Origin: an uncultured Christensenellaceae bacterium
Lineage (GTDB): Bacteria > Bacillota > Clostridia > Christensenellales > DTU072
DNA: 64,000 nucleotides
NCBI GenBank assembly: GCA_964432485.1
Contig: CAYSNP010000002.1
Location: 6,141 to 70,140, forward strand
Direction of reading: 5' to 3'
Shown here: piece after piece, positions 9,891 through 20,173 of the stretch
Layout: the number at the start of each line of letters is the position of its first letter
Position numbering within the stretch: position 1 is the stretch's first letter
Translations under genes and position numbers: made by a program
Notes under the pieces: generated by a model
The model's input: the letters and a program-made list of their open reading frames with translations, nothing else
The model's database searches: none
Told to the model about the DNA's origin: nothing

Positions 9891-9926
9891 ATTATATTAA
9901 ATAAATGTTAAAAAAATTTTAAATAC
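9891..9926 (-). promoter_or_regulatory. Promoter/operator element shared with 17073-17108 (-10 TATAAT plus a TTAAAA-N5-TTAACA direct repeat, no -35)
   Basis: The minus strand reads TTTAAAATTTTTTTAACATTTATTTAATATAAT. 29 of 36 positions are identical to the element at 17073-17108. Both copies begin exactly 38 nt from their start codons (9853 and 17035). Confidence 0.55.
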
Positions 9927-10132
9927 CATCTTAATATAAGTAAGAATGCCCGTAGAGTTAATTCACTTACGCAAATTCTCGCTATTTCCAACATTTCTCG
10001 CCATGCCGAAAAGAACGCATATGCATAAAACATTGCTGTTGGGTCTTGATTTGGTGGTACCCTATTAAACGGAACAAACAAAACGACCACAAGGTTAGCA
10101 TAGGTGTAAGTTTGATTTGTTTTGTTGTCTAT

Positions 10133-11200
10133 TTATAATTGTACTGAAAATACTGAGCCTTTATCTTTTGTGCTTTCGAACTTAATATCGCCGCCGATTT
10201 TTGATAAAATCTTTTGAATTACTACAAGCCCCAAACCGCTTCCTTGGGTATTTCTTGAAGAGTCTTCTATAAAAAAGAGCTCGAATATTTTTGCTTTATT
10301 TTCTTCACTTATGCCTATTCCGTTATCTGTTATTTCGAATAATATACCTTTCTTATTTTCTGTTAAGATAATCTTGATTGTGCCGTTTTGTCGACTGAAT
10401 TTTATAGCATTGCTAATTAAATTCTGCCAAATTTGATATACTAGCTGTTCATTATTTTTAATAGTAATTTCTTTAAGATGCAAGTCAAGCGTTATCCCTT
10501 TTTCCTGCCATTTAATTTGCAGCAGCCTTAAAATATCCCGTATTTGTTCAGCAATATTAAATGTATCGTCCTTTCTTATTATTGTTGTACTGTCCAGCAA
10601 GGAAAGCTGCAAAATACTTTTGCTCAAAAGAGCCAATCTATCGCTTTGCTTAATAATAACATCAGCATAATCAGCTAAAGCGGTTTTATCCGGCATATCA
10701 TTTCCCGCCTCTTGTTGCATTAGTTCGCCATATGCCCTTATTACGCTTATAGGCGTCTTAAATTCATGGGAGACATTTCTTGTAAACTCTTTGCCTAAAT
10801 ACTCATTTATTTTTAGCTCTGCACTCATTAGGTTAAAACTATGTGTTAAGTCAGACAGCTCATCCTTGCCTTTTGATTTTATGCTAATATCAAAGTTGCC
10901 TGCTGCAACTTCTGTTGTTGCTTTCTCCAAACTGCGTATCCTGGCTACTATCGTTTTATTAAGTACATGTGCAAAAATAATTATAATGCCTAACCCAAAG
11001 AAGGGCAAAAAAACATGCAAAACAAACTTTAGCCATAGCTCCATTGACTCCTTATCTTTTGGAGATTCGAACCCTGCACTTCTTGCAATTGAAAAAACAA
11101 TAAAAATCAAAAACCACAATGTAAACAAAATGCCAATCAGCATTAAAATTATTTTTATTGATAATCTAGAAAAGCGTATTTTCTTATTATTTGTTTTCAT
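10133..11200 (-). CDS. Sensor histidine kinase, intramembrane-sensing type (2 TM, about 18-aa outer loop, HAMP, HisKA, HATPase)
   Basis: H-box SHEFKTPISVIRAY, N-box ISNAIKFS, G1 DNGIGI, G2 GSGLGL. The two N-terminal TM helices are separated only by 'ARSAGFESPKDKESMELW'. The gene overlaps the response-regulator gene by 4 nt. Confidence 0.9.
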   Translation of the reverse strand: MKTNNKKIRFSRLSIKIILMLIGILFTLWFLIFIVFSIARSAGFESPKDKESMELWLKFVLHVFLPFFGLGIIIIFAHVLNKTIVARIRSLEKATTEVAAGNFDISIKSKGKDELSDLTHSFNLMSAELKINEYLGKEFTRNVSHEFKTPISVIRAYGELMQQEAGNDMPDKTALADYADVIIKQSDRLALLSKSILQLSLLDSTTIIRKDDTFNIAEQIRDILRLLQIKWQEKGITLDLHLKEITIKNNEQLVYQIWQNLISNAIKFSRQNGTIKIILTENKKGILFEITDNGIGISEENKAKIFELFFIEDSSRNTQGSGLGLVVIQKILSKIGGDIKFESTKDKGSVFSVQL

Positions 11201-11865
11201 TTTAACACTGCCTTATAGCCTAGTCCCCATACAGTATGGATTTCATAATCCTCGCTTGCCGCTTTTTCTCTAAGTCTGCTAATATGGGTATCTACTGTCC
11301 TATCGTTAGATTCGTTATCAAAACCCCACAATTCGTTAAGCAGTTGCTCTCGTGAAAGTATAATATCAGGATTGGATAAGAGCTTAAATAGCAATTGAAA
11401 CTCCTTTTTGTTTAATTCAACTGCCTTGCCTTTTATCATCAAAGTTTGAGAATTGATATCAAGCAATGTATTTGGCAATTCTATTCTATTTTCGCTGTTA
11501 ATCTTATACCGCCTTAACAGCGCCCTCACTCTTAAACATAGCTCTTTCATATGGATAGGTTTAACAAGATAATCATCAGCCCCGCAGTTAAACCCTTTTT
11601 CTTTATCCTCAATTGTTTCAAGGGCGGTAAGCATTAAGATAGGTATGTCTTTGTTTGTTTTCCTTATTTCTGCTGTAAGCTGATTGCCGTCCATACGGGG
11701 CATCATTATATCTGTTACTATCAAATCTATATATTCATTTCTAAAAGCGGCTAATGCCTCTATGCCATCACGACACTCGATGGTATAAAAACCGTCATTT
11801 TGTAATGTTTTTGCTATGGCATTTTTCAAGCAAGGCTCATCCTCTGCTATTAGAATCTTTAACAT
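11197..11865 (-). CDS. OmpR-family response regulator
   Basis: The receiver domain has DLIVTDIMMPRMDG. The C-terminal winged helix has LSREQLLNELWG...TVDTHISRLREK. Confidence 0.92.
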   Translation of the reverse strand: MLKILIAEDEPCLKNAIAKTLQNDGFYTIECRDGIEALAAFRNEYIDLIVTDIMMPRMDGNQLTAEIRKTNKDIPILMLTALETIEDKEKGFNCGADDYLVKPIHMKELCLRVRALLRRYKINSENRIELPNTLLDINSQTLMIKGKAVELNKKEFQLLFKLLSNPDIILSREQLLNELWGFDNESNDRTVDTHISRLREKAASEDYEIHTVWGLGYKAVLK

Positions 11866-11885
11866 ATTACTCTCTTTTTTATTTA

Positions 11886-11914
11886 ATTATATAAATAAAT
11901 GCTGTTATTGTCAA
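11886..11914 (-). promoter_or_regulatory. Consensus sigma-A promoter of the two-component operon
   Basis: The minus strand reads TTGACA (11909-11914), a 17-nt spacer, then TATAAT (11886-11891). It lies in the 55-nt gap between the ABC-FtsX gene and the response-regulator gene. Confidence 0.6.
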
Positions 11915-11920
11915 TTTGGT

Positions 11921-14695
11921 CTATTCTGTCCTTAGTGCAAGCACAGGGTCTTTCTTAGCGGCTAATAGTGCGGGTATAAGCCCACTCGCGACCGTTATTA
12001 CAAGAGATAGTCCGACAAGTAGAACCTCTTGCCACCAGACGGCTTGTAACAAATTAGAAATTCCGAGTAACGAACTTATTATAGCGTTAGCGGGGAATAT
12101 CAAAATCACACCGAGAGCAACTCCTATTATCCCTGAAATCAAGCCTATTATAAGGGTTTCAGCTATAAATACACTTGCCACATTCCCTCGGCTTGCGCCC
12201 AAAGAGCGGAGCAGCCCGATTTCCTTTATCCTGTCCTGCACTGAAATATAAAGTATTATAGCCACAAGCAGCATTGAAACTATGACCGCTATGACGGCTA
12301 TGGCAATCAAAATATACGTTATTGTATCTATCATCGATTTCATAGACCTCGTCATTTCCGATAGTTCATCGATGTAGGTAACCGTATAGTCAATGGTGGA
12401 TTTTGATAGCTCCTCATCCGCATTTATTCGTGTATTGTACTCGCCAATATAAGCTATAATTTTACTTTTACCTTCTATTGAAGAAGGATAGATATAGATA
12501 CTTGAAGGCGTGTTTATATTTTTTGAATCAAGATTTGCGCTCATAAACTGCAAATATTCCGATTCGTCGAGAACAGCATCCGAGGTAACACTCTGAATTT
12601 TTAATTCGCCTGCTGCTGCTATATTAAGCAGTCCGATATCCTCCATAGCTAATGTTCCAGTAGCTACAAGTTCCATTAAATCCGCAGATGTTGCGGCCGT
12701 TATATCTAAGCCCGCATTGCTTATTATCGACTGTATTTCCAAAAGTCTTGATTGCTGTGTCAGGTATTTAATATATTCAGCTTCTTGGGCTTTTGCTACA
12801 TCCGATTCGTTTGTCGTATTAATGATATATTCAGCAAGTGCTTGCGTATATCCAACAGCTCTCGCTATACAGCCGCCGCTTACACCCTCTTTTAACCTTA
12901 CTATTCCCGACACTTTCAAGGTTAAGCCCTTCTCGCTTATCGTATTTTTCTTGTCGGAAAAATCAAAAAGTCCCGTAGCTTCATTATATGAATAATAATC
13001 TGACGGTATCATCAAGGTAAATTCTGAGCCTAAAAATTCGTTAAAATCGTATTCTTGTTTTATATCTATACCAGTCAGACCCGAAATCATAAGCTCCAGT
13101 ATATTGACCTTACCCAAGCAAAACATCGTAAAGTCATCGATTTGGTTATACTCGTCAACTGCGATTACAACTTCTTTCATTCCCTCCGCTGTGGTGCAGT
13201 CGGGCAAATATCCGGCTAAAATATCGTACTGCGTATGCAATATATCTTTATCGTCAATCATCATTGACCATGGGTTTAAACTATCCATCATTGTTCGCAT
13301 TTGATTTTGCATGGTGTCGTCCATCCCACCGCCAAAAGAGCCCATCATTGAAAGGATGCTGTCGTAAACGGGGTTAATTCTCGTAAAGCTACTCCCTCTT
13401 CGCGAATATATATTAAGCCGCAGATTGTAGTCAGAGCGGACCGCTCCCCATTCGGGATTGAAGTTTTGCTCCATATCTTTAATGAATATCGAAATATCCG
13501 ACTCTAATTTCAATTCCATATTTTCTGCCATTTTCTCGGGGTTGCTCCTATCAAACCCTGACTCACGCATGGTGTCCATTGCGCCCAAAATAACCCGCGC
13601 CATATAGATGATTTCTTCATCGGTGTATTTTTCGCGCATTTCTTTATCGCTTCTAAATAGGTCTAGCATAGAATTTAGGTCTACTGAAGACATATCCATT
13701 TCGTTTTCCTCAAAGGCGTTTTTAAATATGTCAAAAATCGAGGATGTTTGACTGATAACCTGAATAGGGTATTTGCCCAGCGAATCTCTTTCATAAGCAT
13801 CAATATAATGTGCGAAGCCGCTGTTCATTGCAAGTATCAAAACTATGCAAATTATGCTTATACTTCCGGCAATCACGGTTAAAATCGACCGCCCCTTTTT
13901 ATTTATCAGATTTGTGAAGCTAAGTTTTAGCGCCGTGCCGTAATTCATAGAAGCTTTGTTCTTTTTTATTGATTGAGTTTGCAGTGTGGAAATTGCCTTC
14001 TCAACGCTTGATTCTTTCAAGGTGTTTTGCTCATCGCTCACTACTATGCCGTCTTTCATTCGTATTATTCTGTCTGCAAACTCATTAGCAAGCTCCTGGT
14101 TATGCGTTACCATAATAACGAGACATTCTTTGGATATTGCTTTTAGAATAGCCATTATTTGTTTACTTGTGCCGCTATCAATCGCACCCGTCGGCTCATC
14201 CGCAAGCAGTATTTCTGGGCGGTTAACAATCGCCCGCGCTATCGCTACCCGCTGCATTTGTCCGCCCGAAAGCTGATTGGGTCGTTTGTGCGCTTGGTCG
14301 GCGAGCCCGACCTTTTCAAGAGCTTCCAGCGATCTTTGTCTTTTTTCTTTCGTGTCTACACCTGAAAGCGTAAGCGCAAGCTCTACATTTCCAAGCACCG
14401 ATAGGTGCGGGATGAGATTATATGTTTGAAAAACAAAACCTATGGAATGGTTGCGGTAATTGTTCCAATCGGAATCTTTGTAGTCCTGGGTACTTTTCCC
14501 GTTTATAATCAAATCACCGCCCGTGCATCCGTCGAGCCCACCGATGATGTTCATCAACGTAGTTTTGCCACATCCAGAGGGTCCTAAAACAGCTACAAAT
14601 TCTTTTTTGTTGAATATCGCCGTGACCCCGTTTAACGCATGTATTGTTTGTTCACCTATGACATATTCTTTATTAATATTTACAGCTTGAAGCAT
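11921..14695 (-). CDS. Fused ABC ATPase / FtsX-type (MacB-like) permease, copy 2
   Basis: The N-terminal ATPase has [23 protein letters not shown] and [12 protein letters not shown]. This is followed by TM1, a roughly 480-aa extracytoplasmic region, and a C-terminal FtsX 3-TM bundle ending [11 protein letters not shown]. Confidence 0.88.
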   Translation of the reverse strand: MLQAVNINKEYVIGEQTIHALNGVTAIFNKKEFVAVLGPSGCGKTTLMNIIGGLDGCTGGDLIINGKSTQDYKDSDWNNYRNHSIGFVFQTYNLIPHLSVLGNVELALTLSGVDTKEKRQRSLEALEKVGLADQAHKRPNQLSGGQMQRVAIARAIVNRPEILLADEPTGAIDSGTSKQIMAILKAISKECLVIMVTHNQELANEFADRIIRMKDGIVVSDEQNTLKESSVEKAISTLQTQSIKKNKASMNYGTALKLSFTNLINKKGRSILTVIAGSISIICIVLILAMNSGFAHYIDAYERDSLGKYPIQVISQTSSIFDIFKNAFEENEMDMSSVDLNSMLDLFRSDKEMREKYTDEEIIYMARVILGAMDTMRESGFDRSNPEKMAENMELKLESDISIFIKDMEQNFNPEWGAVRSDYNLRLNIYSRRGSSFTRINPVYDSILSMMGSFGGGMDDTMQNQMRTMMDSLNPWSMMIDDKDILHTQYDILAGYLPDCTTAEGMKEVVIAVDEYNQIDDFTMFCLGKVNILELMISGLTGIDIKQEYDFNEFLGSEFTLMIPSDYYSYNEATGLFDFSDKKNTISEKGLTLKVSGIVRLKEGVSGGCIARAVGYTQALAEYIINTTNESDVAKAQEAEYIKYLTQQSRLLEIQSIISNAGLDITAATSADLMELVATGTLAMEDIGLLNIAAAGELKIQSVTSDAVLDESEYLQFMSANLDSKNINTPSSIYIYPSSIEGKSKIIAYIGEYNTRINADEELSKSTIDYTVTYIDELSEMTRSMKSMIDTITYILIAIAVIAVIVSMLLVAIILYISVQDRIKEIGLLRSLGASRGNVASVFIAETLIIGLISGIIGVALGVILIFPANAIISSLLGISNLLQAVWWQEVLLVGLSLVITVASGLIPALLAAKKDPVLALRTE

Positions 14696-14719
14696 GTTTA
14701 ATCCTTCTTATGATTTTTG

Positions 14720-17035
14720 TTACTCTGTCCTTAGTGCAAGCACAGGGTCTTTCTTAGCGGCACTGCGGGCAGGTATTAAGCCGCCAATCAGTGTCAAAGA
14801 CATACTGCCTGCAACCAAAGCCAATGCGTATAATATAGGTAGACTCACAATACCTGATACGCCTACAAGTGAGGATATAATAAGGTTTAGCGGTATTGAC
14901 AGCACATATGTTATGGTAACGCCAAACAGCCCTGCTATAAAGCCTATAATTAAAGTTTCGGCATTGAATATCCTTGAAATATCTTTTTTTCTTGCCCCTA
15001 TTGCTCTTAGTATGCCTATTTCTTTTGTTCGCTCCACTACCGAAACATATGTTATTATGCCAATCATTATAGTAGACACAACTAAAGATACAGCCGCAAG
15101 AGCTGTCAAAATAATAGTAATAGTATTGATTAAAGTTGAAATCATACTGGTAATAGTTTCTGCTAAGTCACTATAAATTATTTGTTCCGCCTCAAGGTGG
15201 TCTGCATTGTACAAGTCAAGATAATCTTTTATTTTATCTTTAGCTTGAAAGTCAGCAGGATATATCTGAACACCGGTAGGTATAGCGCTTGCGCCTATCT
15301 GTTGCATAACGCTTTCGTATTTATCAGATGCTTTGCCGCTAAACTCCGCTCCTGTAAGAACATTCTTTGTATCACCTAACTCACTTTGTGCAATTGCCAC
15401 ATCTGAGTTGGCGGCGCTTGCAAGCATTGTTTCTGTAAGTGCTGTTGTATAAACTATACCGCTTGATAATAGTTCTGAAGAAGAAGATTCCTTAACACGC
15501 ATAATACCTACAATGGTTAGTTCAATATTATTAGGGTTGTTATACATTGCCTCATAGTTAGTGTCAGCTATAAAAACGCCGTTGTTTTCTGTGTAATAAT
15601 CATTGTTATTAATTACTTTATATGTTTTACCAAGCAGAGCAGAAAACTTGTAGTTCTCTGCTACTGCAATCCCCAAAGCCTCTAATGCTTTAACATCCAA
15701 ACGGTTGTAACTGTCTACAACCAAAGCAACTTCATTTGTATTAGATGGAAAGGTCCCTCCATTTTCTAAAATTTCGTATTGGCTCTTTATAAAATCTTCA
15801 CTATCAGGCATTTCGTTAAAATAACTGCCGGAGCCTAGAAAACTTGAGTTTTTACCTGTTTCAATCTTTTTATATTCGCCATTATCCGCTTGCACAATCA
15901 CAGGCATATTTAAACTGTACGAATAAGAGATAGCATTGTAAAGAGATTTATCCATAGAGTTAAGGTAATCAATGTAGTCTTGCGTTATCAAATTGGTGTG
16001 AGTTCTTCTATTTGCGCTAGAATCATAAGAATATATTGTGTCGCCTTTAGGGAATTTTTCAGCTTCTTCTCTATTCTCCATAGGCATACTGCCATCAAAG
16101 GATGTTGCAGTTTGCGAAATAGTAATTGGAAACCCTGCCAAAGCATCAGATTGCATACTGCTGACATAAGTTGACATACCGCTTGAGATAGCAAGCACAA
16201 GGGCGACGCCTATAATTCCTATGCTGCCTGCAATAGAGGTCATTATTGTACGCTTCTTCTTTGTCATTAAGTTTTTGAAACTTAATTTTATTGCCATTAG
16301 CCACGACATAGAAGTCTTTGTAGTTATTAGCGGTTTTTCTTTTTCTGTCACCAATTCATGCGAGGGGTTAGAGTCGCTGGTAATTAACCCATCTTTTAGT
16401 TGTATAACTCTATCGCTATATTTTTTGGAAATTTCTTGATTATGAGTTACCATAATAACATGGCGTGTTTTGCTTATCTCCTTTAATATATCCATAATCT
16501 GCATGCTGGTTTCAGAGTCAAGAGCACCCGTAGGCTCATCAGCAAGGATAACTCTTGGATTGTTTATAAGTGCCCTTGCAATGGCAACACGCTGCATTTG
16601 TCCGCCGGAAAGTTGATTGGGTTTCTTATAAGTTTGGTCGGCAAGACCCATTGATGCTAAAACCTGTCTAGCACGCTCTTTTCTCTCCTCAGGAGAAACA
16701 CCTGAGAGAGTAAGCGCAATTGCAACATTATCCAGCACATTAAGATGAGATATTAAATTATATGTTTGAAAAACAAAACCTATGGTGCTATTGCGATAGG
16801 CATCCCATTCGTTGTCATTAAAGTCTTTGGTAGATTTACCGTCTATTAAAAGCTCGCCGCTTGTATACTTATCCAGTCCGCCAATTATATTTAGCAAAGT
16901 AGTTTTTCCGCAACCACTAGGCCCTAAAATGGAAACAAACTCCGGCTGGGAAAACTGTATATCAACTCCGTTTAGCGCATGGACGGCATTGCTTGAGTCG
17001 CCGTAAACTTTAGTAATGTTCTTTAATTGCAACAT
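14720..17035 (-). CDS. Fused ABC ATPase / FtsX-type (MacB-like) permease, copy 1
   Basis: It has the same architecture as 11921-14695 ([35 protein letters not shown]-terminal [11 protein letters not shown]). The RBS is AAGGAG. It is separated from copy 2 by 24 nt. Confidence 0.88.
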   Translation of the reverse strand: MLQLKNITKVYGDSSNAVHALNGVDIQFSQPEFVSILGPSGCGKTTLLNIIGGLDKYTSGELLIDGKSTKDFNDNEWDAYRNSTIGFVFQTYNLISHLNVLDNVAIALTLSGVSPEERKERARQVLASMGLADQTYKKPNQLSGGQMQRVAIARALINNPRVILADEPTGALDSETSMQIMDILKEISKTRHVIMVTHNQEISKKYSDRVIQLKDGLITSDSNPSHELVTEKEKPLITTKTSMSWLMAIKLSFKNLMTKKKRTIMTSIAGSIGIIGVALVLAISSGMSTYVSSMQSDALAGFPITISQTATSFDGSMPMENREEAEKFPKGDTIYSYDSSANRRTHTNLITQDYIDYLNSMDKSLYNAISYSYSLNMPVIVQADNGEYKKIETGKNSSFLGSGSYFNEMPDSEDFIKSQYEILENGGTFPSNTNEVALVVDSYNRLDVKALEALGIAVAENYKFSALLGKTYKVINNNDYYTENNGVFIADTNYEAMYNNPNNIELTIVGIMRVKESSSSELLSSGIVYTTALTETMLASAANSDVAIAQSELGDTKNVLTGAEFSGKASDKYESVMQQIGASAIPTGVQIYPADFQAKDKIKDYLDLYNADHLEAEQIIYSDLAETITSMISTLINTITIILTALAAVSLVVSTIMIGIITYVSVVERTKEIGILRAIGARKKDISRIFNAETLIIGFIAGLFGVTITYVLSIPLNLIISSLVGVSGIVSLPILYALALVAGSMSLTLIGGLIPARSAAKKDPVLALRTE

Positions 17036-17072
17036 TTAATACTTACTCCTTTGTTAGTAATCTTACAGCTTT

Positions 17073-17108
17073 ATTATAAGTTATAAATGTTAAAAAACTT
17101 TTAAAATC
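17073..17108 (-). promoter_or_regulatory. Second copy of the shared promoter/operator element
   Basis: The minus strand reads TTTTAAAAGTTTTTTAACATTTATAACTTATAAT. Spacing to the start codon (38 nt) is the same as for the 9891-9926 copy. Confidence 0.55.
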
Positions 17109-17133
17109 ACTTTTCAATTACTATTATATTTGA

Positions 17134-17460
17134 CTAAAGGCACAATTCAAAAACATCCTCAAAGAAAATCTTATTGTTATCTATCGTAATATATTTAAAG
17201 GGCAAGTTTTTTTCGTTTACTTGTCCGCTAAAGGTGATATAGTGACCGTTGCGGTAAAAGGTAACGGTAACGCTTGCGCCTTTTTCTAATTTTTGCAGTA
17301 TTAAAGAAAGTTTTGCTTTTTGCTCTTCGGATAGCTCGCTTTTTTGCACTCTTGCCAGCTTTTGCTCTTTTGCCCTTAACGCTTCTTGCAAGCCTTTCAT
17401 TGCATCAAAGGGCATAAATTGGGCGGCTCTGCTTGCTTTATTCACTGTTATGCCCTCCAA
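17134..17460 (-). CDS. YolD-like protein
   Basis: It is a small protein beginning 'AAQFMPFDAMKGLQEAL'. It lies immediately downstream of the Y-family polymerase gene and overlaps it by 23 nt, which is the arrangement known for B. subtilis uvrX-yolD and yqjW-yqjX. Confidence 0.7.
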   Translation of the reverse strand: MEGITVNKASRAAQFMPFDAMKGLQEALRAKEQKLARVQKSELSEEQKAKLSLILQKLEKGASVTVTFYRNGHYITFSGQVNEKNLPFKYITIDNNKIFFEDVFELCL

Positions 17461-18697
17461 TTTGTGTATTTCTTATCCTTGCTGTGGCATCCGCTTGCAA
17501 GTCCATTGCCCTAAGCATAGCGTTTTTGCCAAACTTATCTTTAATGTACAGTGCCGCTTGCTCGCATCTTTTTTCTTTTTCTATACGCTCAAAATCGGTA
17601 AAAAAGTCATAGCCTTCGCATTCTTGCCCGCAAAGGTTGCCAAAAGAGATAGATAACCGCCTGATAGGTATATTTTTTATGGCGGTCTTTTCAAAAAGCT
17701 CTTTAACATAGCCGCTCACTATAGAAAATATATTGGTAACCTCCGCCATTCTGGCAGAGCCGCCCGTAGGAGGGTGCGCCTCTTTGGAGTAGCCTATCCC
17801 CAGCCATATATTGCGGGTAACAAGCCCTTCCCTTAACATTTGTTGACAGCCGGCAAGCGCCATTTCCTGTATTACCAAGCTTGCCTGTTCAAAAGAATAG
17901 TCTTTAAGCAATATTTGTGAGTTAGAAATAGATTTGCTTTTGGTTTTATACGCTTTAACATCCGCTATGGTGCAGCTTTCTCTGCCCCAAGCATGGTCTA
18001 TCAACAGTTCTGCATTAATGCCAAAAGTCTTATACAACAGTTGCTCAGGCGCAAGTGCCACCCCTTTCATATCGGTTATGCCAAAACGGGCAAGCCTTGC
18101 CGCTGTGCCTCTTGCCACTTGCCAAAAATCGGTTATGGGCCTATGTTCCCAAAGGGTTGCCCTATACAGCGGCTCATTAAGGTAGCCCATATGCTCTTTG
18201 GACTTTTTTGCGGTAATGTCAAGCGCAATCTTTGCCAAATATAAGTTAGTGCCTATGCCTACCGTAGAGGGGATATGTAGCCTACGGGCAATTTCGTCCA
18301 CTAATTTGGCGGCAAACTCTTTAGGGGTTAAATTGTATACCCTAAGATAGCTGGTGGCGTCTATAAAGGACTCGTCAATGGAATAAGTATGAATATCGTC
18401 CTTGCTGATATAGTTAAGATAAATCTCATAAATATCTGCCGCATACTCTATATATTTGCTCATTCGGGGCTTGGCGGCAATATACTTAATATAAGGCGGA
18501 ATCTCAAATAAGCGGCATCTGCCGCCCACTCCTTGCGCCTTTAATTTCGGGCTAACCGCAAGGCATAACGCTCCCTTGCCCCTGCTTGCATCCGCTACCA
18601 CCAAATTGGTTTCAAAAGGATTAAGCCCGCGCTCGGCGCACTCCACAGAAGCATAAAACGCCTTCATATCAATACAAAAATATGTCCTTTGCTCCAT
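17438..18697 (-). CDS. Y-family (UmuC/ImpB/UvrX-like) translesion DNA polymerase
   Basis: The N-terminus 'YFCIDMKAFYASVECAERGLNP' and the motif 'SIDESFID' are characteristic of Y-family polymerases. It is preceded by a LexA-box promoter. Confidence 0.88.
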   Translation of the reverse strand: MEQRTYFCIDMKAFYASVECAERGLNPFETNLVVADASRGKGALCLAVSPKLKAQGVGGRCRLFEIPPYIKYIAAKPRMSKYIEYAADIYEIYLNYISKDDIHTYSIDESFIDATSYLRVYNLTPKEFAAKLVDEIARRLHIPSTVGIGTNLYLAKIALDITAKKSKEHMGYLNEPLYRATLWEHRPITDFWQVARGTAARLARFGITDMKGVALAPEQLLYKTFGINAELLIDHAWGRESCTIADVKAYKTKSKSISNSQILLKDYSFEQASLVIQEMALAGCQQMLREGLVTRNIWLGIGYSKEAHPPTGGSARMAEVTNIFSIVSGYVKELFEKTAIKNIPIRRLSISFGNLCGQECEGYDFFTDFERIEKEKRCEQAALYIKDKFGKNAMLRAMDLQADATARIRNTQIGGHNSE

Positions 18698-18753
18698 ATA
18701 TCTTACCGCTTTTATCCTAAAATCTTATACCTAAATTATATTTTGGTACATCA

Positions 18754-18783
18754 ATTATAGAACAAGCGTTCGCATATTGTCAA
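18754..18783 (-). promoter_or_regulatory. SOS-regulated promoter: TTGACA-18-TATAAT with an embedded Gram-positive LexA (Cheo) box
   Basis: The minus strand reads TTGACA atatg CGAACGCTTGTTC TATAAT. The GAAC-N4-GTTC core lies at 18759-18772, between the -35 (18778-18783) and the -10 (18754-18759). It is 56 nt upstream of the polymerase ATG. Confidence 0.7.
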
Positions 18784-18984
18784 TGGTCTGCCACTGGGAA
18801 ATATTACAAGCAAGCTGTTAAAAAGTCATTGTTCCTTGTACTACTTACTTTCACTCAAGCTGTGCTGTTGCGATATATCAGATTGCAACTTGATAAAAGA
18901 TATTTTTGGCAAAATACCCTTGTTAATCGGCTCGACGCCAGAAAAGTTATTGAGAAATCCATTAGCCTGCATTCTGCCCCCATT

Positions 18985-19746
18985 CTATCTTTTATATGTC
19001 TTCATAAGCAAAAAATTCGGCTTATCTAAATCTTTTTCATAATGGGGTAACCGCTTGATTGTTTCTTCCGTCGGTACGGTTTCAATCATCCTTTCGATTA
19101 CAAAGCCATTATCTATAAGCGCATTTACTATTTCCGAAAATGGTCTGTGATACTTTATGACTTTATCGACAATCCATGCGGTGCTACGCTGTCCACTTCT
19201 CATATAGCCCATGAGATTGTAATGCATTACATTTCTATTTTTATCCCTCGTCCAACTTGCCCCGGCAGGCGGTGCTGTCGTAAGAGGATGCTCCTGCGAA
19301 AATATGAAAACGCCACCCTCTACAAGTATTCTGTTGACACTTGCCACAAAATTGTCAAAATCCTTTATATAATGTACCGCCAGCGAACTAAATACGACAT
19401 CAAAGTGTCCGTCAACGTGGGACAAATCGCTCATATCAGCACTAACAAACTCAATCCCTATATTCTCATTTTTAGCGACCTCAAGCATCTTTTCGGATAT
19501 ATCAATCCCTACCACTCTTGAGGCTCCGAGGCATTTAAATTTAGCACAGTTTTCACCATAACCACAACCGAGATCAAGTACGGCTTTACCTGTTAAATCC
19601 GGTGCAAGCGAAAAGAGTGCGAGCTTTTCTTCGAGGATATTGGCACTGTCGGGATTGTCGCGCAACTTTTTATATCCATCAAAAAATGTTTTATTATCGT
19701 AGATGTTCTGCGAAGGGTTCTTTAATTTATCATCATCGATCATCAT
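18985..19746 (-). CDS. Class I SAM-dependent methyltransferase
   Basis: Motif I is VLDLGCGYGEN. I placed the start at the ATG at 19744-19746 (MMIDDDK), which has GAGGAGG 6 nt upstream. The longer ORF in the track lacks an RBS. Confidence 0.8.
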   Translation of the reverse strand: MMIDDDKLKNPSQNIYDNKTFFDGYKKLRDNPDSANILEEKLALFSLAPDLTGKAVLDLGCGYGENCAKFKCLGASRVVGIDISEKMLEVAKNENIGIEFVSADMSDLSHVDGHFDVVFSSLAVHYIKDFDNFVASVNRILVEGGVFIFSQEHPLTTAPPAGASWTRDKNRNVMHYNLMGYMRSGQRSTAWIVDKVIKYHRPFSEIVNALIDNGFVIERMIETVPTEETIKRLPHYEKDLDKPNFLLMKTYKR

Positions 19747-19928
19747 TTTATGCCTCCTCATTGTAGAAATGCATTCGTATATATTATAGTTATTTAGTTG
19801 ATTTGTCAATACAAATAGACTAATTTAGTTATCACTAAAAAAAGCACTCCACTGCTATGAAGTGTGCGATTAGCATATAGCTATCCACAGAGCAGAGCAA
19901 CTTAAAGGCTATTTTCTTTCAAAAGGTA

Positions 19929-19958
19929 TTGTTAAAATTACTCACTTAATGCTATACT
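19929..19958 (+). promoter_or_regulatory. Possible promoter for the 20174-22085 operon
   Basis: TTGTTA (19929-19934), an 18-nt spacer, then TATACT (19953-19958). If used, it implies a roughly 210-nt leader. Confidence 0.3.
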
Positions 19959-20173
19959 AATAATATGTTTTTTAGTTTGAGGTTAAATGTGAAGTTAAGG
20001 ATGAGTTCAAGACACCAAGATTAAAAACAATTACCTTTCAGCAGTACGAAAGAGTGCCACGGATAATATAAATATAAAGACATTGATAAAATTGCTTTAA
20101 AAGACAAAATCAATGATGTCAGTCCATCACAATTTTGTTGCGATGGCTACGAAAGTAATGCATGGAGGACTAA

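Noticed and set aside
9908-10090. A 60-aa ORF in the 279-bp gap between the kinase gene and the ABC-exporter promoter.
   Set aside because: It has no RBS and no recognisable motif. It overlaps the region I interpret as promoter/operator DNA.
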